A stretch of 64,000 nucleotides of DNA, taken from positions 61,442,001-61,506,000 of the forward strand of contig OX597817.1 in NCBI GenBank assembly GCA_951406725.2. The letters run 5' to 3'. This document shows positions 55,654-64,000 of this stretch, piece after piece (position 1 is the first letter of the stretch; every line of letters begins with the position of its first letter). This DNA is from Octopus vulgaris (lineage: Eukaryota). The translations under genes were made by a program, and so were the position numbers. A model generated the notes under the pieces. The model did not search any database. It was not told the origin of the DNA and saw nothing but the letters and a program-made list of their open reading frames with translations.

Positions 55654-56617
55654 TATCAGTAATAATAAAGGGTGAAATTAATTAATTTGGAATAATTATC
55701 AATTACACCAAGTAGATTTCGGCATGTAAAAGCCCCATTCGAGGAAAAATTTAAGTAATACTAAGTAATTAAGGGTTTAGCAACGAATTGCCTCACCAAC
55801 ACACCGAATTTAGAAATAGCAGTCAAAGAGATATAGCTATTCCTTCTACTAAAAGGGGGATCTCATCATTTCATTCTTTCTTTCTTACCTGTCTGTGTTT
55901 GCCTTTCAAGTGCTGTGTTTTTACTGAGATCCCCCCTTTTAGTAGAAGGAATAGCTATATCTCTTTGACTGCTATTTCTAAATTCGGTGTGTTGGTGAGG
56001 CAATTCGTTGCTAAACCCTTAATTACTTAGTATTACTTAAATTTTCCTCGAATGGGGCTTTTACATGCCGAAATCTACTTGGTGTAATTGATAATTATTC
56101 CAAATTAATTAATTTCACCCTTTATTATTACTGATAACCATATTTTATCCCAGTAAATGACCGCAGCATTTTGTCTTGGCTACACGCGGGTGGAAGGGGG
56201 CTGGTGACACAAACTTTCATTCAAACTTTGAATTTCGTGGTACTGGTCATGCTTTGGCTCGCTCTGACACTGAGTTGAGATAATGCCTTCTAGTATCTCA
56301 AAATTTAATATACAATTATTCATAATTGTAGTATCCTGCGCCGATGAGAAAAGAAGTTTGGGTAAAGTAGAATTTTCTAATTCTTATGCTCTCCTAAAAC
56401 TTGATTTCGAAACGTACGTCCGTAGGTAACTTAAAATTGTATGATAGATTGCCGTCATTTCATTCTTTCTTTCTTACCTGTCTGTGTTTGCCTTTCAAGT
56501 GCTGTGTTTTTACTGAGATCCCCCTTTTAGTAGAAGGAATAGCTATATCTCTTTGACTGCTATTTCTAAATTCGGTGTGTTGGTGAGGCAATTCGTTGCT
56601 AAACCCTTAATTACTTA

Positions 56618-56620
<3 letters not shown>
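55654..56620 (+). mobile_element. Non-coding Penelope-type cassette: inverted leader plus 589-bp tandem unit with HHR
   Basis: 55654-55865 inverts 55925-56136; sequence starting at 55866 recurs at 56455; (TA)n flanks. Confidence 0.8.
56335..56426 (+). ncRNA. Type I hammerhead with long stem II and palindromic stem III
   Basis: CCTGCG-CCGATGA-GAAA..AAGTTT...AAACTT..TTTC-GAAA-CGTACG-TC-CGTAGG; GUC cleavage triplet. Confidence 0.8.
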
Positions 56621-56691
<71 letters not shown>

Positions 56692-56886
56692 ACGTATATA
56701 TATATATATTCAGTATATATATATATATATATATATTCAAACCAGGTGGTGCTATTAAGTTAGACATGGCCTGGGCCAATAATGGCCGAAACCTATCAAA
56801 GTATCAAAGTATCAAAGTATATACACACATACATGCACATCTATTTGTGTTTGTCTGTTTATCTATCTATCTATCTATCTATCTAT

Positions 56887-56934
<48 letters not shown>

Positions 56935-57745
56935 TCAATGAGAATAAAGTGTGCTGGATTTCTGATAAGTGCTCTTAATATGAGAAATGTCTAAAACCTT
57001 AAAGCTATTTAGAGATTCAATTAGAACGATTATATGTATACAGTAAAAGCTGGAAAAAATTACATCAAAAACTCACAGAAGATATACTGAAGATCATAAT
57101 ATAAATAATATTGTATAAATAGATAGATATATAAATTATGATTATTTAAAAAGGTTTGAGCTATCTTACGATCGTATCGTTTCGTGCATGTAATACACTT
57201 CAGATTGAAATCCAAAATTGATAATCATTATTAGGTAATACATCCACTCGTCAGAGTAAAGGATGAATTCCCGTGTAGTCAATCGAATGAGAGAGATGCT
57301 ATTTAAAATCGTATGATAAAGATGTTTAAAAAGTTCCTAGAATAGGCGTGTATTTGTAGAAACTTGGGCTAACAATTTTGAAAAAATAATATAAATCCAT
57401 GGTAAAATACTTTGTAATAATCCATAATGGCTGTGTGTAGACAGAAGTCCCATAATTCATTTTTCTCTTCAGCATGTGTAATCCTTAAATGTAAAGGATC
57501 CTTTATTACCCACAAGGGGTCAGCATAGAGGGGACAATAGCATGTGGGGACAAAAAAAAACGAATGTTATGATAGATTGCCGTCATTTCATTCTTTCTTT
57601 CTTACCTGTCTGTGTTTGCCTTTCAAGTGCTGTGTTTTTACTGAGATCCCCCTTTTAGTAGAAGGAATAGCTATATCTCTTTGACTGCTATTTCTAAATT
57701 CGGTGTGTTGGTGAGGCAATTCGTTGCTAAACCCTTAATTACTTA

Positions 57746-57819
<74 letters not shown>

Positions 57820-58009
57820 ACGTATATATATATATATTCAGCATATATATATATATATATATATTCAAACCAGGTGGTGCTATTAAGTTAGACATGGCCT
57901 GGGCCAATAATGGCCGAAACCTATCAAAGTATCAAAGTATCAAAGTATATACACACATACATGCACATCTATTTGTGTTTGTCTGTTTATCTATCTATCT
58001 ATCTATCTA

Positions 58010-58058
<49 letters not shown>

Positions 58059-58690
58059 TCAATGAGAATAAAGTGTGCTGGATTTCTGATAAGTGCTCTT
58101 AATATGAGAAATGTCTAAAACCTTAAAGCTATTTAGAGATTCAATTAGAACGATTATATGTATACAGTAAAAGCTGGAAAAATTACATCAAAAACTCACA
58201 GAAGATATACTGAAGATCATAATATAAATAATATTGTATAAATAGATAGATATATAAATTATGATTATTTAAAAAGGTTTGAGCTATCTTACGATCGTAT
58301 CGTTTCGTACATGTATTACACTTCAGATTGAAATCCAAAATTGATAATCATTATCAGGTAATACATCCACTCGTCAGAGTAAAGGATGAATTCCCGTGTA
58401 GTCAATCGAATGAGAGAGATGCTATTTAAAATCGTATGATAAAGATGTTTAAAAAGTTCCTAGAATAGGCGTGTATTTGTAGAAACTTGGGCTAACAATT
58501 TTGAAAAAATAATATAAATCCATGGTAAAATACTTTGTAATAATCCATAATGGCTGTGTGTAGACAGAAGTCCCATAATTCATTTTCTCTTCAGCATGTG
58601 TAATCCTTAAATGTAAAGGATCCTTTATTACCCACAAGGGGTCAGCATAGAGGGGACAATAGCATGTGGGGACAAAAAAAAAACTAATGT
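56440..58690. repeat. ~1.13-kb two-copy tandem duplication
   Basis: tatgatagattgccgtcatttc at 56440 and 57568; few substitutions; microsatellite lengths differ. Confidence 0.92.
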
Positions 58691-59272
58691 AAGGGATGAA
58701 AATGAAAACTGAAATGAAGCCGTTCGGCCCCACCTCCAAGCGATATCGTACCTGTTAGTACGACTTAAAACACAATTAATCTTCATCCTTCTGAAGAATG
58801 TCTAATTATAATCATCGCGAAGATCACGATAATCTATCCACTTTGGTAATTGGCTGCTGTCAATTTCACTGACCCAGTATTCAGAGTCCTTATCGTAGTC
58901 TTTTATTCTTGACAATTATTCCAACTTTGCCACCACACAATGGTATCGCCATGGTAATCCGGAAAATACTGCCGTATTTATTTTTTATTATATTGTCCAA
59001 TGTGTCTATCTCGTCGTAAAGTTCTCTATTTGTTCCGTCATATCTTACAACGCATTTTTTCTCACGGGGCGGGGCAGGGGCAGCTTTTGGTCTCTTGTGT
59101 GCTTGTGCTTGTCTTTTTGTTGGTGGGGTGTGGAGAAGGTTGGTGTATGTAGAGGTGTAGGGCAGAGTGGGTGTGAGATGGGGGTCAACGTTCACAGGGG
59201 TTCAAGTCCTGTTGATTGTCGAGAATGAGAGAAACCTCCAACCTCCGGCACTACTTGTGTATGAGAGAGTGT

Positions 59273-59311
<39 letters not shown>

Positions 59312-59494
59312 GTACACTGGACCACTTAAATACATTTAACGAAATCATGGTCCATATTTTTGTTAATTATTCTAAGTGTTTATGTAGTCTCTAGCAGACG
59401 TAGCCACACTCTCTTCTCCCTTGGCCTTCACTCGTCCATACATCCAGAATGTTACAGAGAGAGGGGAGAGGGGGGAGAGAGAATGGGTGCACCA

Positions 59495-59655
59495 GAATTC
59501 AGTTGGTATTCATTATAGCTGAATGAGACTGGAACAACGGGAAATGAAGAGCCTTGCTCAAGGACTTAAATCCCTACTCTATCCAGAAATTGAACCCAAC
59601 ACCTTATGATCATGAATCGAACACCCTAACTATTAGTCTAAACCCTAGCCACATA
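59495..59655 (-). mobile_element. Decayed CORE-type SINE (similar copy ~17815-17935)
   Basis: tagctgaatgagactggaacaacgggaaatgaagagccttgctcaagga...aattgaaccc. Confidence 0.5.
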
Positions 59656-60023
59656 ATGAAGAAATTATGGCAGACTAAGTGCAATAAGACACCCGTAAGA
59701 CACCCGTAAGATATTTCCGGTTTCATGTTTGGGATGGCTTTAAGATACGCAAACTTGAGCAAAAACAAATGTATTGGGTGTTTATCGATGGGAATACTTT
59801 CTATCAATACGCAACATCAACAAATTCTGTCTGAAGCGAAAAGATGGAGAGAAAAATAACAAAAACAAAAATCAATTCCCATCGATTACGATTATCGGTT
59901 GTGTCATTATCATCGTTATCATCATCATCATCATCATCATCATACATTCATTCATACCCTGTGTATTTATTTGGCAAAATTTATTAGCCCTAATATATTT
60001 GAAATTATTATTATTATTATTAT

Positions 60024-60579
60024 TGAGTGAGAGAGCAGTTCATGCCATCAAAGTGACACTGGGGTAAAATATACGAAGCCCAATATACCCATCATGACTA
60101 CCCGTCTGATAAGGGTACACCAGGCACATGCATCACAACCATATGTGCGCGACATGGTGATCTCATATCAAGATAAACAGCACATGACCTTGCAGGTGGG
60201 GTCCAGTTAGAATTTTCTCCAGGTTGAGTAGCCCATCCCGCTCAAACGGTCCCTGAATAAGGGTTGTTTAAGGATGTTGAAAGAACCACCCATGTTTCCA
60301 GAGGTGAATTATTCAAACCCCAAAGAATCCCTCTCAACACATGGCTATGATGCTCCCCCACTACTTCTGCTCGTGATCAGAGATGCACATATCGTCAGCC
60401 ACTAAGGGACATGCTCAACTGGTTAAGGTCAAACAACTGACAAGCAAATCTGTGGTATTGAGCAGAATATTTGCTGTAGCCCATCTTTTATACCAAGACA
60501 AAACAATGTACGTGATAACACTTCCAATCAGTTAAGATCAGAAGCCATGAGAGCCACTGCCTGGTACTGCATCAGGGCA

Positions 60580-60580
<1 letters not shown>
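60024..60580. mobile_element. ~555-bp non-coding insertion within a (TAT)n tract
   Basis: Complex sequence with sharp borders splitting (TTA)n on both sides; no ORF. Confidence 0.55.
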
Positions 60581-60650
<70 letters not shown>

Positions 60651-60651
<1 letters not shown>

Positions 60652-60865
60652 GGCGGTGAGCTGGCAGAACCGTTAGCACGCCACGCGAAATGCTCAGCGA
60701 TATTTCGTCTGTCTTCATGTTCTGAGTTCAAATTCCGCTGCAGTCGACTTTGCCCTTCATCCTTTCGGGGTCGATAAATTAAGTACCAGTGAAACAGTGG
60801 GGTCGATGTAATCGACTAGTCCCCTCCCTACAAATTTGAAACCATGTTTCTCCAGTAGAAAGGAT
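60651..60865 (+). mobile_element. SINE family A, full length
   Basis: GGCGGTGAGCTGGCAGAACCGTTAGC...GAGTTCAAATTCC...TCGATAAATTAAGTACCAG. Confidence 0.88.
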
Positions 60866-60869
60866 TGTT

Positions 60870-62130
60870 ATTTCTCTTTATCACAGGTTTTGTTGGAGCT
60901 CCTGGAGTCTTGCATGCGTAGCGAACTTACTACCCGCAGCCTGCGGTAACATGGTATCCGTTCTTTTCAGCTATCTAATACTTCCTTGATTATTCCTAAT
61001 TTGCCAAGTAGGCAAATCTTTTGTAACAGTTCTACTGGGCACTCTATTCCAATTTTCTGTATAGTCTCTAGCAGACTTTATATTCCTCATGATACCTTCT
61101 GATACAGTTCCCAAGGACCCAACAATAATTGGCACTATATTCACCTTCATTTTCCATAGCCGGGCTATTTCGTACTTAAGAGGGTTGTATTTATCTGTCT
61201 TTTCTCCTTCCTTCTTGACTATTCATGGGTCAAAGGGGCATGCAACGTCAACTATATAGCGTATGTGGTGCACCTTGTCCACCATCACTAGGTCCGGTCG
61301 GTTATTCTCTAGCACCTGATCTGTTTGGATTGGGAAATCCCAGAGGATTTTGCTAGTCTCCGACTCCGCCACTCTTTGCGGTTTGCGCTCATACCACGTC
61401 TCATTATTATAATTATTCCTTCGAAACACAGTGTAGGTAAAAATGCACCGGAGTCTTTAGTCATCTGTCAAGTCATAACAAGGACCTCAGACACATAATA
61501 CTTTCCTTAAGATGTGCGCTGTGCCCTATAAGACTGATTTTTGCAAGACATAAATCTTGAATGGGATTTCCAGTTGCCTTAAGACGTTTTGAAGTTTCAA
61601 AGGGATTGAGCCCAACGCTCCGATCACCACTGGTATCACTTTTACATTACCCTTTCGCATTCCATACAGTCTTGCCATTTCCACTTTCAATTCGGACTAC
61701 TTGGTGATATTTTTTTTTAATTACACAATTTTCAGTTTTGATGACGCTGGTCTTTTTCGTGTGTTTCAGCAGTGGCTCCACAGCATTTTTTATATACTAC
61801 CTTAGGCTGTTTTCCTCTGCTTCGATACAGTCCTGGCAACTGATCAAACTTTTCCCACCCTTTCTTCTGGACAAGTACAGCTTATCGGTGTCACTCTTAG
61901 GGTTGAAGGCTCCGTGTACTGTAAACATTTTTCTGGACGTGGTATCCATTTTCTTCATTTCTCTCTTTCGCCATTTTATAACTCCCGCTCCATACCGAAG
62001 TGATGCAATCGCCCACATATTAACTGCTTGGTTTTCATTCCATCCAGCCAATTTTGAGCTCAGCACCAACCTCAGTCTTTGGAAATACTCCATCCTCAGT
62101 TGCTCTTTCATTTCCTTTTCTATTATCTCC
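60870..62130 (-). mobile_element. Stack of R4/Dong-type LINE fragments
   Basis: KILWDFPIQTDQVLENNRPDLVMVDK...IVDVACPFD; YFQRLRLVLSSKL...LRYGAG...LYLSRRKGGK. Confidence 0.8.
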
Positions 62131-62364
62131 TTATTATTATTATTATTATTATTTCTAACATTGGCTGGAAGTTCAAAACTAAGGTGTAAAAATATCGTTT
62201 CGTTTGTCTTTCTCTCTTACCCAAACACACCTCCAAACTTTATGGTGTAGAAATATCGTTTCGTTCGTCGACGTCTGTTCTTGATTGATGATTGTTTTAT
62301 CGATCCGGAAGGAAAGAAAACAAGAAGGAAAACAAGTCAGCCAGAGAGATTTGAACTGAAAATG

Positions 62365-62506
62365 GCAGGGCATGCAAACCACGTGGTTTCGTTTTCAGAC
62401 CCAGTGCGCAGCACCTTGAGCAAGTTCCATCTATTATGAACCGGAAGCTATGAGTGGATTTGGTAGAGGAAGTCTATGTGGAAATTAACCGCGTGTGTGT
62501 GTGTGA

Positions 62507-62539
<33 letters not shown>

Positions 62540-62585
62540 AATGTGTGTGTTTGTGTGTGTGTATATATATATATAAATGTGTGTA

Positions 62586-62624
<39 letters not shown>

Positions 62625-62830
62625 TGTGGTGTTTCTGCCCACTTTCATTGCTTGACAACCGGTCTCGGTTTGTTTACGTCCCAAGAAAACCAGACCTACA
62701 GAAAAAGTTCCAGACATAAAAAGAACAATAAATACTAGGGTCGATTTGTTCAGCTAAACCCTTCAAGGCGGTGCTCCAGCATGGGCACCGTTCAATGAGT
62801 GAAACAAGTAAAAGAAGATAAAAGAAATAA
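62365..62830 (+). mobile_element. SINE family B, decayed, with expanded internal (TG)n
   Basis: CACCTTGAGCAAG...GAGTGGATTTGGTAGA...GGCGGTGCTCCAGCATGG...GAAACAAGTAAAAGA. Confidence 0.75.
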
Positions 62831-62880
62831 TATAAACAACACAGATTATTTTAATAGGGCACTGTCACTCGACGGCATTT

Positions 62881-63570
62881 AACACCACCACTGCCAACAC
62901 CACCACCACCAACACTACCACCACCACTACACTCTCTACCACCGCCAACACCACCACCGCCAACACCACCACTGCCAACACCACCGCCAACACCACACAC
63001 CACACTACCACCAACACCACCACTGCCAACACCACTACCACTGCCAACACCACCACTGCCAACACCGCCAACACCAACACTACCACCGCCAACACCACTA
63101 CCACCGCCAACACCACCACTGCCAACACCATCACCACCGCCAACACCAACACTACCACCAACACCACCACCGCCAACACCACTACCACCGCCAACACCAC
63201 CACCGCCAACACCACCACTGCCAACACCCACCACCACCGCCAACACCAACACTACCACCGCCAACACCACTACCACCGCCACACCAACACTACCACCAAC
63301 ACCAACACCACCATCGCCAACACCACCACTGCCAACACCATCACCACCGCCAGCACCAACAATAACACCACCACCACCACCACCACTGCCAGCACACCAC
63401 TGCCAACACCACCACCGCCACCACCAACACCACCGCCACCACCAACACCACCACCACCACCACCACCACCACCACCACCACCACCACCACCACCGCCACC
63501 ACCAACACCACCGCCACCGCCACCACCAACACGCCACCGCCACCGCCGCCGCCGACACGAACACTACCAC
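62881..63570. repeat. Compound (CCA)n-based satellite, ~15-bp unit CCAACACCACCACYG
   Basis: direct reading. Confidence 0.9.
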
Positions 63571-63924
63571 CATGAATGCCACTTTCCACCCACCAGTAAA
63601 TATGTAGGTGAGATCCAACCAGAGTCAAACAGTTGTATGACCCAAGCAGATGCTGTCTTTATCTCAGCACCACGTGATCTGGAATATTACACGACTGAGT
63701 CATCAGATAAAAGTCTTCTTCCTTATAACTTTTGTTTTATACATTCATAAACGAAAGCCAAAGAGAACGAACATTGCAAAAGAGATAACACAAAAAAAAA
63801 AAAACAAGAACACAACACCTACATATAAACACGTTTTACACACACACACACACTCTCTCACACACACAGGTGTATATAAATTTACATACACACATTTACG
63901 TGTCCATACGTGTGATTGTGTGTG

Positions 63925-63991
<67 letters not shown>

Positions 63992-64000
63992 GTATGAATG

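Noticed and set aside
58890-59195. 101-aa minus-strand ORF
   Set aside because: No recognisable domain or convincing splice sites; low-complexity N-terminus.
62851-63628. Gly/Val-rich ORFs resembling structural proteins
   Set aside because: Open in several frames because of the CCA-based satellite; no splice or start context.

Overview
This is repeat-saturated, AT-rich eukaryotic DNA, most likely from an octopod cephalopod (inferred from the SINE families, the mollusc-type 5S sequence and the microsatellite load). Most entries in the ORF track are microsatellite artefacts. Real content: (i) decayed non-LTR retrotransposons (R4/Dong-type RLE LINEs, RTE, and several copies of a CR1-group APE-RT LINE that sits in (TA)n tracts); (ii) a decayed Penelope-like element (RT + GIY-YIG) and many short Penelope-type cassettes with hammerhead ribozymes (HHR) and fold-back structure; (iii) two tRNA-derived SINE families; (iv) a mariner-type MITE, a Tc1 fragment and a probable solo LTR; (v) a tRNA-Tyr-like pseudogene; (vi) one plausible host gene, a two-exon ~117-aa single-pass membrane protein on the minus strand. 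Most notable: a thrice-repeated hammerhead whose three strands occur in a non-circularly-permuted (pseudoknotted) order; retrozyme-like tandem units with type I HHRs; and a near-full-length LINE fused directly behind a 5S rRNA copy. All folds and alignments were done by eye; coordinates of decayed elements are approximate.
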